Positions 52,153 through 64,000 of a DNA stretch of 64,000 nt are shown here, piece by piece; within the stretch, counting starts at the first letter, position 1, and every line of letters starts with the position of its first letter. A program made the position numbers and the translations under genes. The DNA lies in contig NW_024704743.1 of the NCBI RefSeq assembly GCF_018977255.1, positions 71,488,001-71,552,000 of the forward strand. The letters run 5' to 3'. The stretch is from Callorhinchus milii (Eukaryota). The notes under the pieces are model-generated. The model was not told the DNA's origin. It saw nothing but the letters and a program-made list of their open reading frames with translations, and did no database searches.

Positions 52153-53055
52153 CTCCACTGGCTCCGCATCACCGAACGATCGACTTCAAGATCCTCACAC
52201 TCGTGTTTTAATCCCTTCACTCCCTGGCACCTCCCTACAATTCCGACCTCCTCACTCCCCAAACCGCCACCCGGGGCCTCCGCTTGACTGGCACTGGTCT
52301 CCTGCTGGTGCCTTGCACCTTTCCCTCCACTATTGGAGGTTGCGCTTTCAGCCACTAACACGCCGAAACTCTGGAACATTCTCCCTCAATCTCTATGCCC
52401 TGCCCCCTCTCTCTCCCTTTTCAAGGCCCGCCTAAAAACCTTCCTTTTCAACCGTGCTTATGGTCATCTACAACCCCCCCCCCACCCCCCCCACGGCTCA
52501 GAGTCAGGCTCCACCACTGTTAAGCGCTTTAAGACGCTGCCCTGCGTGAAGGACACTATATAAGTGCAAGTGGAGTTTGGCAATGGCTGGGGTAATCAGA
52601 GGGAGGAGTGCAGGTGAGAATGAGGGCAGCAGAGTCTTGGATGAGTTGAATTTTGTGAACAGTGGAGGAGGAAAGATTGGCGAGGAAGGCATTTGAATAG
52701 TGCAGCCAAGAGGTGACAAGGGCATCGACAAGAGTTTCGGCAGCTTGTGGAGAGAGGTATTGTCGGAGATGGGCAATGTGGCGGAGGTGGAGGAAAGCAG
52801 TCCTGGTCAGAGACTGGGATGTGATGGAGGAAGGATAACTGGGTTCAAACCTGACAGCTAAGTTGCGCACGGGTTCAGAGAGCTTTAAGGACAGATCGAG
52901 TAGTTGAGGAGCTCTGAACCGCAGAATAGAAGACGTTGATGGGAGCCAAAGAGTATGGCTTCCGTCTTGTTGAAGTTTACACTCATCCAGGCCTTGATGT
53001 CTGGCAGACAATCTGACGGAACATCAGAGCACTGGGGTTCGCAGTTGGAGGAGGA
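52153..53055. mobile_element. L2 fragment with inverted 3' segment, between CR1 remnants (~51880-52000 and ~53060-53290)
   Basis: 52153-52571 is L2 from LHWL to the tail on +. 52569-53055 is the immediately upstream L2 part on -. The left flank has SKFADVTKL. Confidence 0.85.
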
Positions 53056-53309
53056 GACTCAAACTCAGAAGTGATGATGAACATACAGGTCAGATTTAAT
53101 ACTTTACATAAGGATGATCAATATATGTGGAATAGACTACTCATAGTGTCAGTGGAGACACATGGTGTCAGCAAATTCAAGAGTAAATTAGATAGCTATT
53201 TGGTGAAAATGGCTGAGGGGTATGAGATAATGAACGTAGCTTTTTATTTTCACTTTGGGATGGACCAAATAGACCCTCGTTCTAGGCTTTGCCACATCCA
53301 GGTTTGATT

Positions 53310-53808
53310 GTTCCAACTCCCTGTTCCTCACTACACAACGTGCAGACCTTCCACAACTCTGCAGCCCATGTTCTGTTCTGAAACAGCCTCCCCAAGCCCA
53401 TTACCCCCATCTTTGCCTGATTCCATTGGCTCCCCATCTCCCAGCAGGTTGAATTTCAGATCCTTGTCCTCAATTTCAAATGCCTTCAAGGCCTTGTCTC
53501 ACTCTACCTCTGTGATTTCCAACAATACTACAGCAACTCATTCCGCTCATCAAATATCAGTCTTGCTTCATGACCCCTCTCCAATCCACTCCACCATTGG
53601 TGGACAAGCTTTCAGACATTTTTCCCCACTCTATCTCACAGTACCACTGCCTTGCCCCTTCCCTCTCATCCTCAAAACTTTAAGATTTATCTTTTTTTAA
53701 CCACATTTTTGGACATCTCCCCCTTCAGCTCTGGATCTCAGTCAGATATGTGTAGCTCTTTGATGTGTCCTCTTGACATGAAAAGCACTATAGAAATATA
53801 AATTGTAA
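53310..53808 (+). mobile_element. Old L2 3' fragment
   Basis: ITPSLPDSIG/LNFR-type remnant, STIGGQAF, tail GAAAAGCACTATAGAAATATAAATTGT. Confidence 0.7.
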
Positions 53809-55476
53809 ATACTGTTTTCAGAGATTTATTAAATCAGAGTCATCTACGCTTAATCCATTTTGCACATACTGAATCTGCCAAATAGAGAATTAGAGTTTAG
53901 AGGCCTGAGACCTGGAAGTCCACATAGTCTTAGCTTGTGTGTAAGATCATTTTAAAAAGGGACTTTTCACACAGAACTGCGGAATATTATTAAATCCAGT
54001 CTTTATTTGAAGCTAGTTTACTTAAAAAGGATCGCTTCTAAAGTAAAAAACAATGTACAATTTATTGGTACCCTAAACGTTAACACAAAATAGACTTACA
54101 GGCTAAGTATGGATATGACTGATCTCACTGGCATTTCCCCAAAAGTAATTATCTATAAACAAAAGCTTTGTGGAATTGAAATTCCGACTTTCTCTTACTG
54201 CAATTCTAACAGTCACAACAATGCGTTGACAGTAGTGCTCCCATTATAACATGATGGTAGGTCCATAAAGTCCCACCTTACAATTAACTGGGCCTTGATC
54301 ATTAGTTTTGCACTTCCCTATTCACTTTGCATGCACAACAGTTTGCCTTGCTGGGCATAAGTTCAGTTTTGGGTCCCTACATTTTACTAGATGATGATAC
54401 TAAATACTATAAACTTAATCTTCTGTCAAATCTGCACACATACTATCGTGAAAAGGCATATTTGCACAAGGTAATATAAATCAAGATTGAGCCCCTTGGA
54501 ATTGCACAGGTTCTAACACTGACCCCGTGCGTGCGAGGAGCTTGAGAGTAAAGCTGCCTGGCTCGCAATCCTCCCATCGAGGACCATGAAACACATGCTG
54601 GTCAAGGCAGGATCCATATTAGCTTTTAAGAGGGAACTGGAATTGATCTCTAAAATGGAGTAATTTGCAGGGGTATGGGAAAAGGTAGGTACATGGGATT
54701 GAAAGGATTGATCTTGCACAGACACAATGGCCTTTTTCTGTGCTGTAAATTTCTAGCATTCTATGGTTCTACATGAGGAAGAAAAAAAATTAGGTGAACT
54801 AATAAAATTAGAAATGTGATTCACTACATTCATAAATTGATATTGAGCTGCTCTGGTACACAGACAGGAATAATACTGCAATTCTGCCAAACAGCATTAT
54901 ACCAAGAGGTAGTGAAAGAAGCCCTTAAGCCTGTAATTTTGTTCACGTCAGACTTTTTGCAGCCTGTCATTCAATTTTCTCCTTATTCTGACAATGTTAA
55001 CTGTGAAAGAAAAAAGAGCCCCTCAAATTTATAGCCATGTTGAAAGGGAAATACTTAGATTTAAGATTGAGGAAAAAAGCCTGATTCCAGGCAATGGAAA
55101 GGCTACACATAACTGCTTTCAAAGGGAGGGATTATTATTATTTTATTTAAAACATCAATAAAACTTCATAAGAGCCTTATCAGTTCCTAAAGAATACACA
55201 TGGAAGAGAGATAGTCACCCCCCACTGAGTGGCCTTTTAATATATGTAATAAGCATTTTATATTATACATTGCCAGAGAGAATTTTACAGAATCATTTGG
55301 GAGTGATTGGACTGACTGCATCCTTGTGTCATGTCGGCACCATTAGAACAGCTCAAGGGGAAAATTGGAATCAATGTTCTGTAACCAAATTGAAAGCAAC
55401 ACCTCTGGAAACTGTATTCTTTTACTCCTTATCCCTACAGATACATCACGTAGACTTTAGAAAGATGTAAACTTAC

Positions 55477-55503
55477 CCCCTTCTCCGGATCCAGAGCCAT
55501 TTT
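55477..55503 (-). CDS. TMEFF1: TMEFF1 27-nt microexon
   Basis: (E)NGSGSGEG(E), compare human DNGSGSGEG. Polypyrimidine tract plus AG at 55505-55504, GTAAGT at 55476. Phase 1/1 fits both neighbours. Confidence 0.9.
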
Positions 55504-56999
55504 CTAAAAAAAAGAACAGACATTGTGATAAATTGTTGTCTTGCAAGGCTATTTTTAATACAGTCCATAGATCATCAAGGATACTTTGAGCAAGCCCTAA
55601 CTCAGAAAGTCTGATGCATGTAGATACAACAATTCACAGACAACAAAAAATAACCAGGGGCTTTAACATAATTTAGAGATTCTGATGGCATCAGAGCCCA
55701 AAGCAACAAAGATCAATAGCTTTATACATTCTCTTGAACACCGAGATAACATAAACTTCTCAAGCATTCTCTGGCTATTTCCATGACACATACAAGTGAG
55801 GTTTGCATCCAAATGTTACGCTGCCACCATTTTGTGCTTTTTTGAGTTCATTTCTTCCATTGACTTTTCCTGTATACATTTACCCCGACCAGGTGATCAT
55901 ACAATCATAGAATTATACAGAACAGAAGGAGGCTATTCGGCCCATCATGTCTGTGCTGGCTCTTTGAAAAGAGCTATCCAATTCAATCCCACTACCCGCT
56001 ATCTTCCCATAACCCTGAAAACTTGTCCTCCACTGTAAAATATGATCACGAGGCAGAAACTGACAGATTTACGGGAATGCTTTATCCCAGCAGGAATTTA
56101 ATGATCATTCGTGATGCAGGAACTAAAGTGTTCAGGCCAGAGTGGTGGTGTTATAGAAACTGGGTTAAAAGCAGTTAAAAACTCTTATGTCGAACACTGA
56201 CTTCCAATATCCTGCATCGAGCACGGCATTTGAATCAAAGCTCTACACGTGGCACTAAAACAAAATTTCTTTAAGTATAAAATGTAATGACCATAACACT
56301 CATTAGTTGAATTTGCAGTTTTTGTCTCCTCTTTAGGAGAGAAACAAGGAATTATTTTTTATGTTTTAAACAGACAAATTACTGAAAAAGAACAAAGTAG
56401 CATTTAGGTGTTATTGGTAGAGAGGTTGGTGTCACAAAAGGAACTTTTATTTCTCTTTTCCTGAACTACATTTGGTTCTTTCTTAATACTCTCATTATAC
56501 ACACATGTTTTACACAAATAATGGTGGGGTCCGATCTCCCAATTGATCTATTTGTAACTGTTGTAAAATAGGGGAAAGAACAGCTGAGTCTCCCGTCTCT
56601 GCCAGGTTCAAAACCATGTGTAAAGTTTATCCTCTTCTACCAGTTATAAGGTGAAATGCTGATGAGATCTTACTCAATGCCATCATCGAACTGACATACC
56701 ATAGGCTGTAAAGGTAAGTTGGGTAGAATAATCAATAGGAACAATCAATAGTGGATGCACACACTAAAAAACAATGCTAAGGTCATTTGAAAGCCTCAAT
56801 TTATTGTAAAATACACTTTGTATTTTTGTGTATTTTGAGGGCGAACACAGTAGTCAATCTGCACATAGCAATATCCCACAAACAGCTAAAAGATGAATGA
56901 CAAATTTTAGCTGGGAGATTTTTGGTCAGGACACCGGTAGAAAGAGATTGTAGAGGTAGGATGGACCAAGGCGGTGGAGGCATTAGAAAGGGAGGAAGA

Positions 57000-57480
57000 G
57001 AACCTTCAACTTGATCCCTTAGGTAATAGAGAGCCGGTGGAGCCAATGAAGATAGAGGCAATAATCCTGGGAAGCCTGCTATGGGAGTCGATGTGGACTG
57101 TGGAGTTCTAGATAGTCTTGAGCTTGTAGAGGCTGGAATATAGGCTAAGCGCTTCCAGACCCTAACCGGTGTGAAGGGCGTTATATAAATTTGTTCTTGT
57201 TGTTAAGGTCAAAGATCAGGACATTGCAGAAGTTAGACAAATCAAGCTGCACTGGCTCAGTTTTGTTGACATTATGATGAAGAAAGTTAAGGCTCTTCCA
57301 AGATATCTGACAAGTAGTCTGTCAGAGCAGCAGCATGTTCTGGATTCCAGGGAGGAGACAGAAAGGTTGAGTCGGCTGTCATCCACTTGCATATTGAAAT
57401 GGATCCTACATCTGAGCAGGATATCACCAAGGGGAACATTACACAGGAAAGGATCAAGAATAGACCCCTGAGGACCACTG
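57000..57480 (-). mobile_element. Old L2 fragments, with a + strand L2 tail at ~57148-57203
   Basis: GPQGSILDPFL...PLGDI...QVDDSRL remnant. Confidence 0.65.
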
Positions 57481-59284
57481 CATATGACTATTTGGGACGT
57501 TGGAGAAGCCATTGGCAGAGAAAAGGGAAGATGCCAGAATAGGAAGTAATAAAACAAGGGAACTGAAGAACCACAGAAGAGTAAATGGGAGGAAGACAAG
57601 GGGGTACAGTGAGCCTTGGATGAAAAAAGAAAAACATCCAAAATGTGCACACAGCAGTCTAGTTCCATTGGCATGCTTCAAATCAGCTTAGCACCCTTCA
57701 AAATGTGTTCCTTTATAAGTCGGGTGGAATTTTATGGATCCCAGCTACTACCTTATACTGTAAATAGTGAAGCGGAGCTATATATTGACTCATCTCCACT
57801 TATTCACTCATCAGAATTCAGATCACACACAGCACCAAAATGAGTTTGAGTTATGTCAAGCTTTCAGACCAAGGACTGTTCATAAATCTGATAATATGTA
57901 CACTAGAATCCCCTCAACTCACTTCATTGACTTCAACAGATCACCACACACTGTTTTAATTTTGTTTTTTTTATTAAGAGTTGTACACAGGGTGCTGCAT
58001 TCCTTATAAAACTGCAGGCCTGATAATTAAGTAGCTATTTGCAATCTTCTTCTGAGCTTTGCTAACTTCAGCCTCAGGCCAGGAACTATTAATTTTAAGT
58101 TTGGATTCTTGATACTTTCGCACAGTAATACTGCAGACCCATCAGGTACTGTGTGATGCACAACTAAACATTGCTCTCTTCTGCTCTGTTCAGAAAAGCT
58201 GACCCACTGTCTGTCAGCAGCACAAGAAGCTGTAATACGTCAGTTGGCTCCTGTACATGCTCAGTGGGTCATTTGAGAATCTGTGTCCAAAGTTCAAACT
58301 TTCATAGGTTTTAATGATGTAGTTCCAGGTTACAGCCCACAAGTGAGATTTGCTTAAATACGCTGTTCAGATTGCTGAACAAACTAACAGCCAATGTGTT
58401 CCTGGCTATAAACAGATGGCATTTCATGCAACAATTCCAACACTGTCCGATTTTGCATTTGTTCCTGTCAATAGTCCCTTTACTCTGTGCCAGATGTACT
58501 GAAAGATGTATCACCACCTAGTTGCTGAACTGTGAACAACAGTTTATACCAGCATATGAAAGCACAACAGCAAATAGGAAAACAAAGTTTCTAGAAAAAA
58601 AGCATAAAAATCAGATAAAAATGATGGTAAAGTCACCATCAAATTAGCACTGGGCCACACAGTCTGGGAGGATGCAGTACGTATTCTCTACTGTTGCTGA
58701 ATTAGCTGATTAGGGTCCTACAAATTGGATTTAGGTTTAGGTTAGAGGAATTAATTGTGGATCCCATTCACTGCCCATGCGTGCAGCTAGCCTGCTTGCT
58801 TTCCACGCATAAAAAGGCTGGCCTCTGGGTTATCGGATCACTGATGAAGTCACTTCCTGGCGTGCATGTACAGCAACCAGGAAGTGACCTAATGACCTGA
58901 AAGTCAGACTTTTTTTGGTTTTAGCACAGAAACTGATGGCTCACTGAAAGTGAGTCTACAAGCTGAGTGCATGCACAGTTAGATAAGTTACAGTGGGGCT
59001 CTCAAATGTGAAATGGGATAGTATGCATTATCATATGTAAAAGATGCTAAATGTGATCAAGAATATATACTCTAAACAATTCTTCTAATTATGTGAAGAT
59101 AGCGAGACAGATTCGGGATTAAGAAAGGTATTTTTAAGACAGACACCAGGAATGGATGAAACCAAATGGTGTGAACAGGTGTTTTCATCCAAATTTGTCT
59201 TTTGTTGGAAGAATGTTCTCAATATCAATCTCATCAAAACAGTTAAACATGGTGCCTTAGTCACTCAGGTGATTGAGATTATCT

Positions 59285-59838
59285 TTTTTTGGTTAGACAT
59301 ATCTGCCACATAAGGAAACCCATCTTAAGAGCATCCAAACCCAACTAAGAATTCAATGCATCCTGCCTACACATGGAAATCCCAGAGATAGATTGTTGGA
59401 ATGAAATCGCACACTCTCCTTGGAGGGATACATCCTGCTTACCTAATTCTGGAAAGTTTAGCAAGAACCAAGGTCTACGGACCTTTTGGGTTACTGCTGG
59501 GGTCCAACCAGTGAAAACCGCATAACTTGCCGTGGCTATTGCTGTCTGCAAGCTTTCCCATACTTGTTCAGCTAGGACCACCCTACCCATTAGGGCTTTG
59601 ACTTGCAGGTTAACAGAAGCTGAGTGGGATGACTCCCTGCTTCCATTGACTGGTCTGCCCTTCCAATTCCTGCTAATGAGCCAGGCTGGCTGTGGTGTCA
59701 ACAGCAATGCCCTGGAATACTGCAGACCCGTCTGATTCAGGATCCAGATTATCAAGACTGCCACAAAGGGTTGGCTTGATTCCAACACTCCATTGTCAAA
59801 CATATCACTTTGGAGCCGAGTCAGCTCCAAGGAGACCC
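59285..59838 (-). repeat. Unclassified ~550-bp poly(A)-tailed interspersed repeat
   Basis: Colinear with 28823-29401 and has the same boundaries. Confidence 0.75.
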
Positions 59839-61331
59839 TGCTTACTCCCCCCCACCCCCCCCAAAAAGGATACCTTTTGTCTTCCCATTCTTCCTCAGAA
59901 AGGATGAAAGCCACAGCAATGAGCACATATTCTGAGCAGTCTGTTCTTCTACTGACTTTACCAGCACAGGAGTAAAGTCTATCCACCGTCCATGACCTCA
60001 AGTGTGCACATTCTATACCTGTATCAGCTCAGAAAATGCAGCAGGACTTAAAAAGTGATTGGATTAACCTACCACTAACTGGCCAAACTGCTGCTATCTC
60101 ACCCAGAGCAGAAAGGATTTACTGCTCTATAATCAGCATAAATACTGTCCAAATGAAACGTAATGCTCATGCAATCACTTCCTACATGCCAGTAACTTTA
60201 TGTTCAAATCGCAAAAAATCATCCCTATCAGCACAGAGCCAAGGAAGCATGTTGGACAATGCTCTCATCAACAAGGACGACTGTTGCCTGAAGCACAACT
60301 GTACTGATGTACTCATCCATTCAGTTTCCATCCCCTCTGTTGGTAGTGACTTGTCACCTGATTTGAACCAGTTGGTGATAAGGACATTGAGAGGTGATAG
60401 TTTTCCCCTGGACTTTTGTGATGTTGAGTAATGGGCAGATCACCCATAGGGCAGAACTGCTCTGTACTGAATTCAGCACAACCCCGTTAAGACACAACTC
60501 TTTATTACATGTTTCTGCTTATACTTGTTATAGTACAAGACTGCTTGTAGCACAGGTCGGTTTTGCATCTGCAGTGCACGTGAAGTGACATCAGCAGAGC
60601 TTCCTTCCAGTGTGACAGTGATTTAAGCAGTGCTTCCCAGTATCATGTAAATGCGCCATGCATGAAGTGACAATAGTAACATGTCCTACATGTGGCATGC
60701 ATGCACAGTGTGCAGGAAGTGATATTAGCTCACACCCTGTTATAATTTATAACTTTGTTAAGCTCTCCGAGACACGACCCTGCTTAGAAGCCGCTATATA
60801 AACACAAGTTATCAACGTTGTATCATTTGGCGTCTGATTTTATGGAGGCAACCATCATCTTATAATGAGGATGGACTCTAATGGAGTTCATTGGAGTTCC
60901 AATAGATTATCTTCAGTAGTCAGTGAGAAATGGTAAAAGCTCTTTCATCTATTTCACTTAAACATCTTAAGTAGGTTTAGAGTACTAATAGTCCGCAAGT
61001 TGGAAGCATAGTTCATTTTGAATAAATAACCTGTCACACACATCTTCTTATTCCATATCAATTTTCTTATTTCCTGGCAAACTATGGTACTTTTTATTTT
61101 GATTAACACCAAATTGCTAATGCTCGTTAAGTGAAACCTGAAAGATTCTCTTTGTTATCAAAAAACAAACAGGCTTAATTGAATGTTTGGCTTTGTTTAA
61201 ATAATAAGCAATGAATATCTCCTAGATTTTCAAGTGATGAGCTTCGAGAAATTTTTTGGCGTGGAGTATTTAGATGAGAATGCACTGCTTAAATAAAGTA
61301 AAAAAGTAGTCATAGAAAAGAAAGAACATAC

Positions 61332-61461
61332 CTGTGTAACAGGGACCATCTGTTATGACTGTGATCTCTTTCTGATACTTGCACGCAGCTAGTCTCAGGA
61401 AACATTCATTCTGGTAGGCGTCTCCATTAGATCCACAAACAGGAATGTAATTTGTATGGCA
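61332..61461 (-). CDS. TMEFF1: TMEFF1 exon (first follistatin/Kazal domain)
   Basis: CHTNYIPVCGSNGDAYQNECFLRLAACKYQKEITVITDGPCYT, compare human CHTNYIPVCGSNGDTYQNECFLRRAACKHQKEITVIARGPCYS. AG at 61463-61462, GT at 61331. 130 nt. Confidence 0.96.
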
Positions 61462-62289
61462 CTGAAAGGAAAAAAAGAGCCTCCTGATTTATCACATCTT
61501 TGCATTATATCAAAGGTCTATAGAATAAGTTTGAAGCTATTACTTGGCACCTGACTTTGGCAATTACAAACAGTGCCTGAGATCAGTTAACAAACTGCCA
61601 GTCCATTATTTCAACCATCATCTAGAGAACAAAATAGGGAGAGCTAATTTCATTGAAATTCAGATTATTGGGATGCCACTGCTATTGTATAAAATGATCT
61701 AACATACAGTATATATGTATAACATATGTATAACATTGAAAATAGTACAGTAGGGAGCATTGGGAATAAAAGGGAGATTGAAATGATTGCTCTTTAAAAG
61801 AGCCAGCACAGACATGATGGGCTGAATGGCCTTCTTCTATGCTGTAGATTTCTATGGTTCTATTTTTTTAACAGATCAATAATCATTTGCTAAGGAGTCG
61901 CAGCGCACTATAAATCAAAGTTCTGTGGATTTCATCAATTTGGTCACATAATTTCCTGAAAACATAAGAGGTAATTCTCTGATCACCATTACATGTAATC
62001 ATTCGTGGAGTCTGATAATGGGGAAATCCCATGATCAGTTAGCGGTGCCAGGTGGTAAGATGTACCAGATGGTGGAGAATCACAAACTCTTAACTTATCA
62101 AAGCTGGTAACTTTATCAAAGAATAGTAGAATACTTCAGCACATATTTCACCTCATAGTTATGCAGAACCTTTGGAAGAGCTAACACAAGATCACAAGAG
62201 AAGTTCGGTTGAAGAATAATCTTTGGCCAATTTTATCTCATCTTTCCAGAATATCCACTCTACCAATCTCCCATTACAGCATCAAATTA

Positions 62290-62620
62290 TTTTTCAAACA
62301 AGTCCGGTGACCTGGCCTCAACCATCCTTCCAGTCCCATTCCAGCTGTGAATTATGACTTCTACGCCCTGAATAGTGTTTGAGTTACTGAAGAACAGAAC
62401 TGCCAATATGGGCTCCATGACAGACTGAGTCAGGAAGCAGTCATGCACTACATTGACAGGATCAGAGTCCTTCCCACCTGGGTATTCATATTTTATGTTG
62501 GGCTGAATGAACCCCCCTATCACTGCTACTTTCTTTTTCTTACACACACTCCGGAATATTATTGTAAAATGACAAGTTGTTGTCCCTATATTGGCCTGGT
62601 TGTCGAAAGCACATCCCATT
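62290..62620 (-). mobile_element. Degenerate CR1 endonuclease-region remnant
   Basis: VAVIGGFIQPNI...VHDCFLTQSVMEP resembles CR1 IMGDFNxPxI...DCFLxQxVxEP. Confidence 0.6.
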
Positions 62621-64000
62621 GATTAGTCTGTCCCAGTTCTTGTTGAAGACTTCTAACCAGAATATTTCATACTATGATTGATCCTGTGATGTTGACTCAA
62701 CTACCTTTACTTGCATGTGTCCTTTACATCTATGGAAACCCCTCCACCTTTCCTATAAAGCGCTTTGAGAAGTCTCAAAGGCGTGATAAGGCACTATTTC
62801 AAATGCAAGGATTATTATTATTATTATTAGGAACGTCCATCATCTTGCTTCAGTTATATCTCTGTGATTCCTACTATACCGTAATCACCAGTTGCCACAA
62901 TACCACCATTTCATTTCAAATTCTTCCAGCATTTATGTGTATACATGTAAATTTACTCTTAAACTTTCCTGTCTGGTTACCTGGTCTCACTATGTGGGGC
63001 TTTTCTGAGATCTTTTCATTTTAGATAACTCCCTTCTTTTGGATTGATTTTTATTCTTAAATTCAACTTTTCCTATCTGTTCTCCATGATCAACAGGGAT
63101 GATCTCCTTCTTATTTACTTTGGCATTCTCCCTCCAATTCCCCCTTTGAATGAAATGCAATTACTGCTTTTTTATTCTATGCCAAGAGTTTTAGCTCTCC
63201 TTTTAGTTGAATGAAAACCATCTTTCTCATACATTGTGTGTACTAGAAAAAAATGGAATGATTCATGAATTTGCACGTCAACTTAACTGTTTAGTCCCAT
63301 TATCCTGCCTTTTCCTCCATATCTTTTCTATTTTTCCATTTCAAGTATTTCTTAATTCTCTTTTAAAAGCTATTAATGGATTCTGCCTCAACCAATAATA
63401 CATTTGTTTTAAATAAAGTCCTCTAGCATTTTGCTTTGTTTTTGATGAGGTAGCTGAGAGATGGATGGAGAATCACCTCGCTGTGGGATTAAATGACCCT
63501 GAAGCTTCAGTTACAAGTATCACAGTTTTCAATTAAGGTTAGAGAAAATCTTGATGGTTTGATTACAAAGGATTTACTCAGTATTTATAATGGTTTCACT
63601 GTAATGTGCTGTTCTTATATGTTAAAAGTCTGGGATTTCAGCCTTCTTGAACAGATGTCTGCAGGCTAACATCTAAAGGCAGCATCAACTGACTGAACCA
63701 TAATATGTAAATCAACTGAATGCATCAGTCAATTTTTAAAATTCTAGTGGTGGTGTTCAGACCTCATAAAAAATTTATGAAATGTGCAAAAAATAAAAAT
63801 CATGCCAGTTACATATTCCACTGCCTTAAAGAGTGGAGCTACTTAGTTCTAACTCACAATGTGGTTAAGGGGAAATACCATTAAAATGGAAGGCAAGGTA
63901 TATTAATCTAAAACATTCGCCTGAGCTGAATTTAGACTCACTGAATTCAGTGTCATGCATTTTCTGTGAAAAACATGTCTTAACGATAAGAGTTGTTAAA

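Noticed and set aside
55548..55560. Perfect MEF2 consensus CTATTTTTAA
   Set aside because: Isolated AT-rich 10-mer far from CAVIN4, expected by chance in this composition.
59285..59838. Telomerase RNA retrocopy (similar length)
   Set aside because: No CTAACCCTAA template is visible on the tailed strand.
59345..60001. 218-aa ORF as a novel protein
   Set aside because: It overlies a repeat. The sister copy at 28823-29401 has indels that break colinearity of the frame, and no domain is recognisable.
1..61461. Paralogous pair TMEFF2-CAVIN2
   Set aside because: That pair has the same arrangement and some residues are TMEFF2/CAVIN2-like (EDAEDVW, EENEI). However, CHTNYIPV, LGKKDDG, DASDQRED, KCPKNNRGRRQKQNLGHF..SSRMV and ENMQKTRQN fit TMEFF1/CAVIN4.
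1..64000. CRISPR arrays, operons, or other prokaryotic/viral systems; remaining short ORFs in the track
   Set aside because: The sequence is spliced vertebrate DNA with no regularly spaced repeats. The other ORFs are antisense or off-frame to exons, TE-derived, or lack coding features.

Overview
Eukaryotic (vertebrate) genomic DNA. The repeat content (L2 and CR1 LINEs, tRNA-headed Deu-type SINEs, Penelope-type palindromes) suggests a cartilaginous fish, but this is inference. Two protein-coding genes lie in tandem on the minus strand. TMEFF1 (tomoregulin-1) has eight coding exons, matching human exons 3-10, from 61461 down to the stop at 9136; its 5' exons are beyond the right edge. CAVIN4/MURC has exon 1 at 2980-2567 and exon 2 from 342 running off the left edge. 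All exons have GT-AG boundaries and compatible phases, and the order matches the known TMEFF1-CAVIN4 synteny. The rest is intron or intergenic DNA filled with decayed retroposons and small palindromic elements. I see no convincing new biological system. The best leads are: (1) the TMEFF1 EGF domain keeps the canonical receptor-binding Arg (His in human TMEFF1/2) and has a shortened first loop; (2) an unclassified ~550-bp poly(A)-tailed repeat family with a fixed 5' end; (3) a SINE that appears to combine CORE-like and Deu-like domains and shows a 3'-transduction signature; (4) several foldback or inversion structures; (5) a Penelope-type palindrome with a degenerate hammerhead-like motif. Comparisons to human proteins and repeat families are from memory and need database confirmation. 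Repeat boundaries are approximate.
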